A model generated the notes under the pieces. It was not told the DNA's origin and searched no databases. It saw nothing but the letters and a program-made list of their open reading frames with translations. From positions 1,504,001-1,568,000 of the forward strand of contig OY760074.1 in the NCBI GenBank assembly GCA_963663035.1: a stretch of DNA of 64,000 nucleotides, in the 5' to 3' direction. The position numbers and the translations under genes are program-made. This DNA is from Acidobacteriota bacterium. GTDB taxonomy: Bacteria; Acidobacteriota; UBA6911; RPQK01; JADFOI01. Of the stretch, positions 1 to 9,441 are shown piece after piece (position 1 is the stretch's first letter; each line of letters begins with the position of its first letter).

Positions 1-1
1 T

Positions 2-352
2 TTAACCTCCTCGGAGAGCCGGATAAGGCCGCTCTTCAGTGTTAGCCTTGGAGCAACTCGCTTCAACCCCACGGATGAAGCCAAGGAGGCAGCTCTCAAT
101 GACAATTTTCTGCGCGACCCGACCCAACTGGAGTCCTCGGTCCAGCTCAGTGTCGCTGTAGGAGGAGGGTTTGAGGCGCGCCTCAGTCGCTGGTTGGGAC
201 TCCGCTTCGACGTCAAGGATTACATCAGTCCGATTCCGCGCTTTGGCCTGAGCGAAACATCTTCCGGTCAGGGAGGCGTCTTTTTCCCCATCAGTGGCGT
301 GGTGCACAACATCGAGACTGAAGGGGGAATCATCTTCTATTTCTTGCCCTAG
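2..352 (+). CDS. Outer-membrane beta-barrel protein, C-terminal part (5'-truncated by window edge)
   Basis: Frame +2 is open from position 2: ...RIRPLFSVSLGATRFNP...VAVGGGFEARLSRWLGLRFDVKDYISPIPRFG...IETEGGIIFYFLP*. Alternating beta-strand pattern and aromatic C-terminus. Absent from the ORF track because it has no start in the window. Confidence 0.75.
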   Translation, partial: LTSSESRIRPLFSVSLGATRFNPTDEAKEAALNDNFLRDPTQLESSVQLSVAVGGGFEARLSRWLGLRFDVKDYISPIPRFGLSETSSGQGGVFFPISGVVHNIETEGGIIFYFLP

Positions 353-626
353 TGTCTCGTCCCATGAATACCGTGACGTTTGTGGCGAGCGCGACGGCGT
401 CGAGTTCGCGAAGCGACGACGACGCGATGCCAATGTGTATCGCGGAGGAGGAGCGACAAAGAAATTGATGCCGTCCCGCCGCCACCCTTCGGGCTGAAGG
501 GGGTTGCGGGCGGTCTCTGCGTCGCTCGTCGTCGTCGATGTCCCTGCATCACCTCCTCCTCGCTCCTTGATCTCCCCTCGCAAGACCCTTCAGCAAACAT
601 CTGGGTATACATGGGACGAGACACTA
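350..626. mobile_element. MITE-like element, family C, copy 1
   Basis: Imperfect ~33-bp terminal inverted repeats (TAGTGTCTCGTCCCATGAATACCGTGACGTTTG / CAAACATCTGGGTATACATGGGACGAGACACTA). Interior is homologous to 26657-26928 in the opposite orientation. Confidence 0.8.
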
Positions 627-811
627 CCCTCTGGTGATAGCAATCACAGTTTTCCTCCAGTTTGATGGGTACACTCTTGCCCAGTTATGGCTGTTTCTTC
701 AGGGTCTGTCGGTTGGCGTTTTCGACAACCTTCAGGCCCCCTTCCCTTTCTAGAATTTCAGCAAAGCCTGGCCAGGCATGGAAAGCCTCGCCCCGCCCAA
801 GGACATCTATC

Positions 812-1297
812 ATGAACAACAAATGCAGCTTGATCGACAAGTGCCTGTTCATTGGCATTTTTATTGGACTTCTTGCCCTGACTGGTGGTCCTCTTCACGC
901 CCAGGGAAAGAACGGGCTGCGGGTGGGACTGAGTCTCGATCCCGACCAGGTCTATCTGGGTGGTCACATCGAAACCGGACCGCTCATGAAAAAACTGTGG
1001 TTTCGCCCAAGCCTGGAGGTAGGCATGGGAAGTGACCTAACTATCGTTGGAATCAACCTTGAGTTTGCCTACTGGCTACCGCTGGAGAACAGGATGTGGA
1101 AGGCTTATGCCGGCGCCGGTCCAGCCATTAACGTCTTTATCTTCGACACGGGCGGCCCTGGAGGGCGCACGAGTAATCTTGAACCAGGCTTCAACCTTCT
1201 CATGGCGCTGGCCCACCGCGACGGATTTTTCACGGAAGTAAAGCTCGGGGCGATGGACAGCCCAGACCTCAAACTCGGAATCGGGTATTCGTGGTGA
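812..1297 (+). CDS. Small outer-membrane beta-barrel (OmpA/OmpW-like) protein
   Basis: Signal peptide ending LHA-Q, amphipathic strands (YAGAGPAI, PGFNLLMAL), C-terminal KLGIGYSW. ATG at 812 preferred over the ORF start at 662. Confidence 0.7.
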   Translation: MNNKCSLIDKCLFIGIFIGLLALTGGPLHAQGKNGLRVGLSLDPDQVYLGGHIETGPLMKKLWFRPSLEVGMGSDLTIVGINLEFAYWLPLENRMWKAYAGAGPAINVFIFDTGGPGGRTSNLEPGFNLLMALAHRDGFFTEVKLGAMDSPDLKLGIGYSW

Positions 1298-1346
1298 TGA
1301 CGTCCGGACGGCAGCTCTCCCGAGCGCCCTTTTAGCCCTTCATAGT

Positions 1347-1584
1347 TAGGCCGCACTTCTCACACCCTCTCTACTGCATCGGCGCAATGATCCGACCTGA
1401 CTGCGTTGCACCTCGGTGTACTGAGACGTTTGCGGCGGCCTCGGTCGCGCGCCTTGGCAGGCCGGCCCTCGGTCGGCCTCCTCAACGTACTCAAGAGTAC
1501 GTTTGCGGCGGCCTCGGTCGCGCGCCTTGGCAGGCCGGCCCTTCCGCCGCTTCGCGACGACCTGGTGTGAGAAATGCGGCCTAG
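1347..1584. mobile_element. MITE-like element, family A, copy 1
   Basis: TIRs TAGGCCGCACTTCTCACACC / GGTGTGAGAAATGCGGCCTAG, central ACGTACTCAAGAGTACGT hairpin, an internal direct duplication. Homologous to the copies at 42367 and 51949. Confidence 0.85.
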
Positions 1585-1667
1585 CCCTTCATAGAAATCT
1601 TCCCTAACTGACAAGATTGCGTAGCGTCTGCTTGTGAGGACCTATACTCTGCACAAGGAGACGCTTT

Positions 1668-2945
1668 TTGAGCTCAACTGCAACCCAGAGCCGCGGTCCA
1701 GTTGGCTACGGTGCGCTGATACGTGGCAATGCCAACTTTCGCAACCTGTGGCTCGGTCAGATCATCAGTCTGCTGGGCGATTGGTTCAACCTGATTGCCT
1801 CAGCCACCCTGATTGCAGAACTGAGCCAATCCGGCTTCGCCGTCGGGGGCCTCTTTGTCGTGCGCATGCTGGCCCCCTTTGTCGTTAGCCCCATTGCCGG
1901 GGTCGTAGCAGACCGCTATAACCGTAAGCATATCCTCATCCTGACCGATATTCTTCGGGCCATCATCGTTCTTGGCTTCTTCCTGGTGAGGGAACCTCAA
2001 CACATCTGGCTTCTGTACACTCTGACCGCCATCCAGCTTGCTTTGAGCGGATTCTTTTTCCCGACGCGAGGTGCCATCCTGCCCGAACTTGTTTCTCCCA
2101 GTGAGTTGGGTAGCGCCAACGCCCTCAGTGCCACTACCTGGTCCGTCATGCTGGCACTGGGTGCCGCTCTGGGCGGAATCGTCTCCGGAACGTGGGGCAT
2201 CTATCCAGCCTTTGCCATTGACGCCCTGACCTTTCTCCTCTCAGCCTTCTTCATCATCCAGATCGGGTACGACCTGCCAGGCCCCCTTGACGCATCAGAG
2301 ATGACCATCAGCTCGGCACTCCGCCAGTATCTGGACGGGTTGCGCTACCTGGGTCAACACGTCGACATTCTGGTGATCGCCCTGCAGAAAGCGCTTGCCG
2401 CCCTGTTCTTTACTTCCGGACTTCAGGTCATCCAGGTCGCTATTGCCCAGAGTATCTTTTCGATTGGCGAAGCCGGGGGAATCAGTCTTGGACTGATGTT
2501 CGCCATTGCTGGCGTGGGAACGGGTATCGGCCCCATTTTGGCCCGCCGCTTTACGGGAGACCGCAACCGGCCCCTGCGGGTAGCCATTCTTCTGGGATAT
2601 CTTTTGAGTACTCTGGGTATGGTCATCACTGCCCCCCTGTTCAACTTCGAAACGGTCCTCTTGGGAATCCTCCTGCGAGCCATTGGGGGCGGAATTCTCT
2701 GGGTGTTCTCAACCCAGCTTCTGCTGCAATTGGTGCCCAATCACCTTCGAGGCCGGGTCTTTTCTACCGAGTTTGCCATGTTTACCCTGATGAGCGCCGC
2801 CGGTGCCTCCCTTGCCGGTGGAGGTCTCGACTCATCACTGGGCATTAGCGGGACGCTCTGGTGGATGACCGGTCTCACCCTGATTCCCTGCGCCCTGTGG
2901 GCCCTCTGGTTCCAAGCCCGGCTTCTGCAGAGGTTCTCGTCATGA
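1668..2945 (+). CDS. MFS transporter (DHA3/macrolide-efflux-like)
   Basis: About 12 hydrophobic segments; motif A GVVADRYNRK; NFRNLWLGQIISLLGDW; LRGRVFS. Confidence 0.9.
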   Translation: MSSTATQSRGPVGYGALIRGNANFRNLWLGQIISLLGDWFNLIASATLIAELSQSGFAVGGLFVVRMLAPFVVSPIAGVVADRYNRKHILILTDILRAIIVLGFFLVREPQHIWLLYTLTAIQLALSGFFFPTRGAILPELVSPSELGSANALSATTWSVMLALGAALGGIVSGTWGIYPAFAIDALTFLLSAFFIIQIGYDLPGPLDASEMTISSALRQYLDGLRYLGQHVDILVIALQKALAALFFTSGLQVIQVAIAQSIFSIGEAGGISLGLMFAIAGVGTGIGPILARRFTGDRNRPLRVAILLGYLLSTLGMVITAPLFNFETVLLGILLRAIGGGILWVFSTQLLLQLVPNHLRGRVFSTEFAMFTLMSAAGASLAGGGLDSSLGISGTLWWMTGLTLIPCALWALWFQARLLQRFSS

Positions 2946-3020
2946 GGCAATCTGAAAGTCCGAAGCTCCCAATTTTCTCGGCTGTAGATGCGTTTTCCTG
3001 CTATTATTTTCCGGTGGATC

Positions 3021-3845
3021 ATGGTCAAACAAAGCTCAGCTGAGCAGAAACTCACCGAACTTCTGGGTATGCCCCTGCAGGCCCTTCAGGAGGAGTTCAT
3101 CCTGGTGGCAGCAATGCAGCGGCAGATTATGCCGGACCCGGAACGGGTCGAGGTCTTCTGCGACTATGATATTCATGGAAAGACCCTGCCGACTGCCGTT
3201 GCCGGTGGAGACTTTTACGATTTTATTGATCTGAGCCGCTTCGACATCAAGGACAAAATGGGGATTGCGGTGGCAGACGCATCCGGGCACGCCATAGCAG
3301 CCACCATGCTGATCCGGGACTTCAACACCGCCCTCTACATGGGGATTTCTTTTCAGTCCTACTACGCCAAGGAAACAACTGATCTGCTCTTCACAAAGAT
3401 GAACCGCAGGATGTGCCGTTCCTCTCAGCACAACCAGTTCATTTCCTGTTTCTATGCAGAGTTGCAGAAAAAAGGAGTTCTCCGCTTCGTCAACGCCGGT
3501 CACCCCAGCCCCCTCCTCTTCAAAAGAGATCAGCTCATGACGCTGGATGTGGGTGGAGCCGTGCTGGGGGCTTTCAGGGAACCTCCGATGCCCTACCAGG
3601 TAGGTGAGGTGCGAATGGAACAGGATGACATCCTGGTCTGTTTCACAGACGGAATTCTAGAGACAGTCAACAACCAGGATGAGGAATTTGGACGGGAACG
3701 CATCATCGCAGTCGTCGAAAAGAACCGGCACCGCAAAGCCCTTGACCTTTTCAACCTCATCATGGAAGAGGTAGGAGAATTCAGTCAAGATCAGGATCTG
3801 GCAGATGACCAGACCCTCGTCGTGATCAAAAAAGGCTTGCCATGA
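3021..3845 (+). CDS. PP2C/SpoIIE-family (RsbU-like) Ser/Thr phosphatase, stand-alone
   Basis: Motifs GGDFYD, VADASGH, NAGHPSP, FTDGILE, DDQTLV. Start uncertain (2988 or 3021). Confidence 0.88.
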   Translation: MVKQSSAEQKLTELLGMPLQALQEEFILVAAMQRQIMPDPERVEVFCDYDIHGKTLPTAVAGGDFYDFIDLSRFDIKDKMGIAVADASGHAIAATMLIRDFNTALYMGISFQSYYAKETTDLLFTKMNRRMCRSSQHNQFISCFYAELQKKGVLRFVNAGHPSPLLFKRDQLMTLDVGGAVLGAFREPPMPYQVGEVRMEQDDILVCFTDGILETVNNQDEEFGRERIIAVVEKNRHRKALDLFNLIMEEVGEFSQDQDLADDQTLVVIKKGLP

Positions 3846-5170
3846 AAGAAGGAACGACCTCACCGCCGCTGAGCAAAAGACAGGAGGTCAAGAGGGGACA
3901 CCAGGAGTTCATCTTCCCCTGTGCCTCAACCTATTATCAGGAACCGCTGGTCCTGGTGGAAGGGCGCGGCTCGATCGTGGTGGACTCGGAGGGGCGTGAA
4001 TTCCTCGACTTCTTCAGCGGAATTCTCACCACTTCACTGGGACACTGCCATCCGGAAGTTGTCGAGCGGGTCCGCCAACAGATGGGCGTGCTCGGGCACA
4101 CTTCGACGCTCTATCTCACCGAACATCAGGTGGAGACGGCGCGGCAGCTTGCCAACCTGGCCCCCGGGGCCCTCAAGCGATCATTCTTCACCAATAGCGG
4201 CACCGAAGCCGTGGAGACGGCCGTTCTGTTCGCCTGCTCCTATACGGGTAGAAGCGAAGTGATCGCCATGCGCTACGGTTATTCGGGGCGAAGCTTGCTG
4301 GGCACGAACCTGACCGGGAACGGTTTCTGGCGTCCCCTTCCCAGCTCAATTCCGGGGATCAAGCACGTGATATCACCCTATCCCTACCGCTGCCCCTTCC
4401 GCAGCCCCTGTGACGAAAGCTGCCTGGATGCCTTTGCCCGCGACCTGGAAGAGCTGATCCAGACCACCACCAGCGGCCGCCCGGCGGCCTTCATCGCCGA
4501 GACGATCCAGGGAGTGGGAGGCTATATCGTCCCGCCCCCGGGATACTTCCAGCGAACCATCGAGATCATTCACAAGTATGGGGGTCTCTTTATCTGTGAT
4601 GAGGTCCAGACGGGCTTCGGCCGCACCGGAGAGAAGTGGTTCGGAATTGAGCACTGGGATGTTGAGCCTGACATCATGGTTATGGCCAAGGGGATCGCCA
4701 ACGGCTTTCCTGTCGGTGCCACCATGACCCGCGATGAGATCGCAGAGGCCTGGGCAGCCAAGGGAATTTCCACCTTTGGCGGGAACCCGGTGGCCATGGC
4801 CGCAACCAGCGCCACGCTGGATGTGATGGTCAGGGAGGATACGCCTGGCCGTTCAGCCCGGCAAGGGAAACAACTCCGAGAAGGGCTGGACCTGCTTGGA
4901 GAGAAGTATGAGTGGATCGGAGAAGTGCGGGGCATGGGACTGATGCAGGCTCTCGAGCTGGTCGAGGATGGGGAGACCAAGGAAGCCAGCTCAGCTCTAG
5001 CCCAAGCACTGATGGAGGCCACCAAGGCCGAGGGACTCCTGATGGGTCTGGGTGGTTTGCAGGGACATGTGATTCGCCTGGGCCCGTCCATGTTGGTCAC
5101 GGAGGACGAGGTGGCAGATGCCCTGGAACGCCTCGGCCGAGCCTGCCGGAGCGTAGAGGAGGGCCGGTGA
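3842..5170 (+). CDS. Class-III PLP aminotransferase (AGXT2/GabT-like)
   Basis: LGHCHP, FTNSGTEA, AETIQGVGG, DEVQTGFGRTG, MAKGIANG (PLP Lys), TFGGNP. Confidence 0.93.
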   Translation: MKEGTTSPPLSKRQEVKRGHQEFIFPCASTYYQEPLVLVEGRGSIVVDSEGREFLDFFSGILTTSLGHCHPEVVERVRQQMGVLGHTSTLYLTEHQVETARQLANLAPGALKRSFFTNSGTEAVETAVLFACSYTGRSEVIAMRYGYSGRSLLGTNLTGNGFWRPLPSSIPGIKHVISPYPYRCPFRSPCDESCLDAFARDLEELIQTTTSGRPAAFIAETIQGVGGYIVPPPGYFQRTIEIIHKYGGLFICDEVQTGFGRTGEKWFGIEHWDVEPDIMVMAKGIANGFPVGATMTRDEIAEAWAAKGISTFGGNPVAMAATSATLDVMVREDTPGRSARQGKQLREGLDLLGEKYEWIGEVRGMGLMQALELVEDGETKEASSALAQALMEATKAEGLLMGLGGLQGHVIRLGPSMLVTEDEVADALERLGRACRSVEEGR

Positions 5171-5307
5171 TTGCTGGACTCCCCTGGACAGCCTGGCTCC
5201 TGTTGATTGCTGCAGTAGGACTGGGGCTCGTGGTGGAGTTGATTTTCTACTTCCGCCACCGTGGAAGGCGCACGCTGACGCCACCTGGCCGGGAGCAACC
5301 GGAGTGA
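5167..5307 (+). CDS. 46-aa single-TM protein, putative small subunit of the Na+/solute symporter
   Basis: GTG start overlaps the upstream TGA and its TGA overlaps the symporter GTG (GTGA at both ends). Sequence MIAGLPWTAWLLLIAAVGLGLVVELIFYFRHRGRR... Confidence 0.7.
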   Translation: MIAGLPWTAWLLLIAAVGLGLVVELIFYFRHRGRRTLTPPGREQPE

Positions 5308-6788
5308 GCCAGGGACCCACCATCATCACAGTTCTTGTCCTCTATTTGATGGTCCTCCTGGCCATTGGCTGGTGGGGACGTCGTGAGTCGGGGAGCATGG
5401 CCGGTTACTATGTGGCCGGGAAAAAGCTCCCTGGCTGGGTTATCGCCTTCAGCTCCAACGCCACCGGGGAGAGCGGGTGGCTGCTGCTCGGTCTCACCGG
5501 CATGGGGTATCTGGTGGGGATCCACGCCCTCTGGATCGTCTTGGGAGAAGTCCTGGGAGTGGCGCTCACTTGGGTGCTGGTGGCTCGTCCTTTCAAGGAA
5601 TACACAGACCGATACGCTTCCATCACCGTTCCCGATTATCTGGAGGCTCGATTCCGGGATTCGCAGCACGTGATCCGGGTCCTGAGTGTCCTGATCATCT
5701 TCACCATGGTGATTGCCTATACAGCTGCCCAGCTCACCGCATCCGGGAAAGCCTTCAGCTCGTTCCTGGGTACCAGCTATGGCACGGGTGTCTTGATTGG
5801 AACCGTGGTGATTCTCTTTTACACCACGGTGGGCGGCTACAAGGCAGTAGCTTACAGCGACCTGCTTCAGGGAATTCTCATGTTCCTGGGCCTGCTGAGC
5901 CTTCCTCTGGTGGGGATCGCTGCTGCGGGAGGCTGGACTTCCCTGATGTCGCAGCTCCAATCCACGGATCCCAACCTTTTGTTACCCATGGGCGAACTCG
6001 GGCTCTCCTTGGCAGGCGTGGTGAGTGCCCTCAGCTTTGCCAGCATTGGATTTGCCTTTCTGGGCGTCCCCCAGGTGCTCACCCGTTTTATCGCGGCACG
6101 GAACCAGGACCAGCTAGTGACCGGAAGCCTGCTGGCCGTGATTTGCATCATCGTCTTTGAAACCGGAGCGGTGTTCTCCGGAATGGCCGGCCGAGCCCTC
6201 TTTCCCAACCTGAGCGATCCGGAAACGATTCTGCCCACCATGAGCACGGAGCTTTTCCCCGCCCTCTTCGCTGCCATCTTCCTGGTGATCGTTCTGGCCG
6301 CCATCATGTCAACAGCCGATTCCCTTCTGATCCTGGCCTCCTCGGCCGTGGTTCGCGATGTGCTTCAGAAGATTATTGACCCCAATCTCTCCCAACAGCG
6401 CCTCTCCTTCTACGGTAAGCTCACCACCGTGGTCATTGGGGCGGGCGCTCTGGCTTTCGCGCTGGCTGAGGTGAGAGTGATTTTTTGGTTCGTGCTCTTT
6501 GCCTGGTCGGGGCTGGCTTCGGCCTTTACGCCCGTGATTGTGTGTTCCCTCTTTTGGAGAAGAACAACTCGGGCCGGAGCCATTGCAGGGATGGCAGGAG
6601 GCTTTCTGACCAGCGTCATCTGGCTGCTGGTGTTGAAGGAGTGGTCATACCATTTGTACGAGATGATACCAGGCCTCCTGGTGGGATTCGCCCTGACCCT
6701 GGGGGTGAGCCTGTTCACCGAAGCTCCCGAAGGGGCCGGGGAGGAGTTCGACGCGGTTCACCGTGCCTTGGACACTGGTGTGACTTGA
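5304..6788 (+). CDS. putP: Sodium/proline (SSS family) symporter
   Basis: YYVAGKKLPGWVIAFSSNATGESGWLLLGLTG, GGYKAVAYSDLLQG, LAAIMSTADSLL; about 13 TMs. Substrate not certain. Confidence 0.85.
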   Translation: MSQGPTIITVLVLYLMVLLAIGWWGRRESGSMAGYYVAGKKLPGWVIAFSSNATGESGWLLLGLTGMGYLVGIHALWIVLGEVLGVALTWVLVARPFKEYTDRYASITVPDYLEARFRDSQHVIRVLSVLIIFTMVIAYTAAQLTASGKAFSSFLGTSYGTGVLIGTVVILFYTTVGGYKAVAYSDLLQGILMFLGLLSLPLVGIAAAGGWTSLMSQLQSTDPNLLLPMGELGLSLAGVVSALSFASIGFAFLGVPQVLTRFIAARNQDQLVTGSLLAVICIIVFETGAVFSGMAGRALFPNLSDPETILPTMSTELFPALFAAIFLVIVLAAIMSTADSLLILASSAVVRDVLQKIIDPNLSQQRLSFYGKLTTVVIGAGALAFALAEVRVIFWFVLFAWSGLASAFTPVIVCSLFWRRTTRAGAIAGMAGGFLTSVIWLLVLKEWSYHLYEMIPGLLVGFALTLGVSLFTEAPEGAGEEFDAVHRALDTGVT

Positions 6789-6813
6789 TAACTGGACAAT
6801 AGGAGGAAGACTC

Positions 6814-8623
6814 GTGCTAAAAGAGACAGTTCTTGGGTTTTTAGGCAGTTTTCTTACTCTGCTCCTCTCCATCAGCTGCGGGTCATCCACCCAACAGGGC
6901 TCATCCCAGGCAGTGATCTCGTTGGCACCCGCCTTCTCGGCGGAGGAGTTCAGCGCTACACCCAGGGACGGGTGGATGACCAATGGGGGCAGCGTCTTCA
7001 ACCAGCGATTTTCCCCTTTGACCCAAATCACACCAGAAAATGTGGGGAACCTCAAAGCGGTCTGGCGGGTTCACCTGGGTTCCGGCCTGGAAGCAAAGTA
7101 CTCCGGCGAGGCTCAGCCAATCGTTCACCAAGGGGTGATCTACATCGTCACCGGCGCTGATGAAGTCTCCGCTGTCGGAGTCAAGTCGGGTCAGGTGATC
7201 TGGACGTATAAAGCCAATCTGGACCCCTCGATTCACTCGGTCTGCTGTGGCTGGACCAGCCGGGGTTGGCACTGGGAGACGGAAAAGTCTATGTCGGTCA
7301 GCTGGATGGCCAGCTGGTGGCCCTGGATCAACAGACCGGAGAGCCCCTTTGGTCGACTCAGGTGGGCCGCTGGCAGGAGGGCTACACCATTACCAGTGCT
7401 CCGCTTTATTACGGGGGCCTGGTGATCACTGGCACAGCTGGTGGGGACCGAGGAGTCAGAGGCCACGTCACAGCCTACGATGCCAAAAACGGCCAGCAGG
7501 TGTGGAGATTTTACACCATACCCGGTCCGGGCGAGATGGGTCATGACAGCTGGCCCCAGGACTCGGAGGCGTGGAAAAAGGGCGGGGCGGCGGTCTGGCA
7601 CGCACCTGCCGTAGATCCTGAATTGGGGTTGCTCTACTTCTCTACCAGCAATCCGGGTCCAGATTTCAACGGGAGCGTCAGGGCCGGTGACAACCTCTTC
7701 TCCTCCTCCATCCTGGCCATCGAGGTCACGACCGGAAAATATCGATGGCACTTCCAGGAAGTCCACCATGATCTCTGGGACTATGACGCCTCCAATCCAG
7801 TGGTTCTGTTTAACCTGGAGATCGATGGAGTGATGCGCCAGGCGGCTGCCCACGCAGGGAAGACCGGCTGGGTCTATATCCTGGATCGGATCAACGGAGA
7901 GCCCTTGCTGGGAATTGAGGAACGGCCCGTCCTCCAGGAACCGCGGCAAATAACCTCTCCCACCCAACCCTATCCCCAAGGGGACGCTTTCGTGCCCCAG
8001 GAGGTGACCGAGCCGGTTGAGGGATACACTCTGGTGAACCAGGGCCGCATTTTCACTCCTTTCTGGACAGAAAGTATACTGGGCAGACCCGCCTCCCGGG
8101 GAGGGGCAAATTGGCCACCCAGTTCTTATGACCCTTCAACCCACACTCTCTTTCTGTGCGCAAGTGATCGGATCTCCATATTCACAGGTGGCGAAAATGA
8201 TATGGAGGTGCTCCCCCCCCCCCGGGTGAGAGCTATATCGGCAGCAGCTTTGGCAGCAGTCCGGTGCAGCCTGAGTTCCCGGGAATTTTTGCTGCCATGG
8301 ATATGCAGACAAACCGTCTTGTCTGGCAGCAAAAATGGACAGAGTATTGTTACAGCGGATCGGTGGTGACGGCCAGTGGCCTGGTCTTTGTGGGTAGGAG
8401 TGACGGTAGATTTCTCGCCCTTCAGGCCAGCAATGACCGACAGGTGTGGGAGTTTCAGACCGATGCCGGAGTGAACGCGCCAGCAACCGTCTTCGAACAG
8501 GACGATCAGCAATACATCACGGTTCTATCGGCAGGAAATCTCTTTGGGAACGGCCCACGTGGAGACAGCCTGTGGCTGTTTTCCCTGCAAGGGACACTGG
8601 GCCCCACCGAGCCACCCCAGTAG
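6814..8623 (+). pseudogene. PQQ-dependent dehydrogenase (beta-propeller lipoprotein), split by two frameshifts, probably assembly errors
   Basis: Three consecutive ORFs (6814-7425, 7266-8369, 8264-8623) join into one PQQ enzyme: lipobox LSISC, SPLTQITPENV, VCCG, GDNLFSSSILA, HHDLWDYD, GANWPPSSYDP, WEFQT. Shifts fall at GGGG (~7262) and a C11 run (8213-8223). Confidence 0.85.
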
Positions 8624-8643
8624 GACTGATCAATCGACCCGTC

Positions 8644-8718
8644 TTCGCGGCCTGAGGCCGCTCCTACATTCTCCAATCCGCAAGGACGAGCAGGTGGGAG
8701 CCGCCTCAGTGCGGCGAA
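8644..8718. repeat. Inverted REP doublet (REPIN-like) with GTAG/GTGG feet
   Basis: TTCGCGGCCTGAGGCCGCTCCTAC (reverse complement GTAGGAGCGGCCTCAGGCCGCGAA) and GTGGGAGCCGCCTCAGTGCGGCGAA, lying between convergent genes. Confidence 0.75.
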
Positions 8719-8746
8719 TTGAGGTCTTGAGGAGAATCTGTAACCG

Positions 8747-9418
8747 TCATAAAGTTCCCAGGCGGCCCCACATGATCATGTGCCGATCGCTGACCTCTTC
8801 CACGCAAAAATGCGCCAGCTGAGCCTCCTGGAGCTGAGACTTGACTTCATGGGGCCGGTAGGCAGCCAGCAAGGAGTGGTAAAAATCCTGCTTGAGAACC
8901 TCCGCCTCTCCGGCGGCATGGGTTTCGGTTAAATCTTTGGCCTGCGCCCTGTCTGCCGGGCGCGTCAAGTCCATGATGAAGATGGGCGCTCGAGGGCTGG
9001 CAAACTGGTTGATACTCTGCCAAAGCACCTGGGGATCCCCCAGATGGTGAAGAAGGCTGTTGCTGATCACCACATCATACTTCTTGCGTGGCAACTGGGT
9101 GGCTGGCAGATAGCGGTGAATCAGTTGAACCCGCTCCTCCAGTCCTTCCCGGCTGACGGCCTGCTTTCCAAACTTCAACATGGCCTCGGACCCATCCACG
9201 CCATGGATGAGGGAGTCCGGGTAGCCTCGTGCAAAGCGCAATGAGATGTCAGCCGGCCCGCAGCCAAGGTCCAAGACATAGCCGGCTGCGGCTTCTTCGG
9301 GAAAGCTTCTGGCAAAGAGCTCAATAAAGCAGCTGTGAGGCTCTTGAAAATCCGCCTCGGCATAGGCGCGGGCTTGCTCTTCCCCCAACATGAGTTCCGG
9401 TTCCGGTGTGCGACGCAC
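8747..9418 (-). CDS. Class I SAM-dependent methyltransferase
   Basis: VLDLGCGPAD, GVDGSEAML, ISNSLLHH; N-terminal RTPEPELM. Confidence 0.88.
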   Translation of the reverse strand: MRRTPEPELMLGEEQARAYAEADFQEPHSCFIELFARSFPEEAAAGYVLDLGCGPADISLRFARGYPDSLIHGVDGSEAMLKFGKQAVSREGLEERVQLIHRYLPATQLPRKKYDVVISNSLLHHLGDPQVLWQSINQFASPRAPIFIMDLTRPADRAQAKDLTETHAAGEAEVLKQDFYHSLLAAYRPHEVKSQLQEAQLAHFCVEEVSDRHMIMWGRLGTL

Positions 9419-9441
9419 AGAAAAAGGGTCCTACGCTGATT

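Noticed and set aside
2-637. ORFs 2-583(-), 349-624(-), 380-637(+), 294-497(+)
   Set aside because: Shadow frames of the plus-strand OMP gene end and of the family C MITE; not protein-like.
1347-1584. Repeat-spacer-repeat patterns in MITEs as a possible mini-CRISPR
   Set aside because: Only two units per locus, enclosed by TIRs, the spacer is a conserved hairpin, and there are no cas genes.
7255-7270. Programmed ribosomal frameshifting in the PQQ dehydrogenase, VWA and 59522-61521 genes
   Set aside because: Breaks are single-base indels in short homopolymers without canonical slippery heptamers. Recurrence in unrelated genes points to long-read consensus error, though true pseudogenisation is not excluded.
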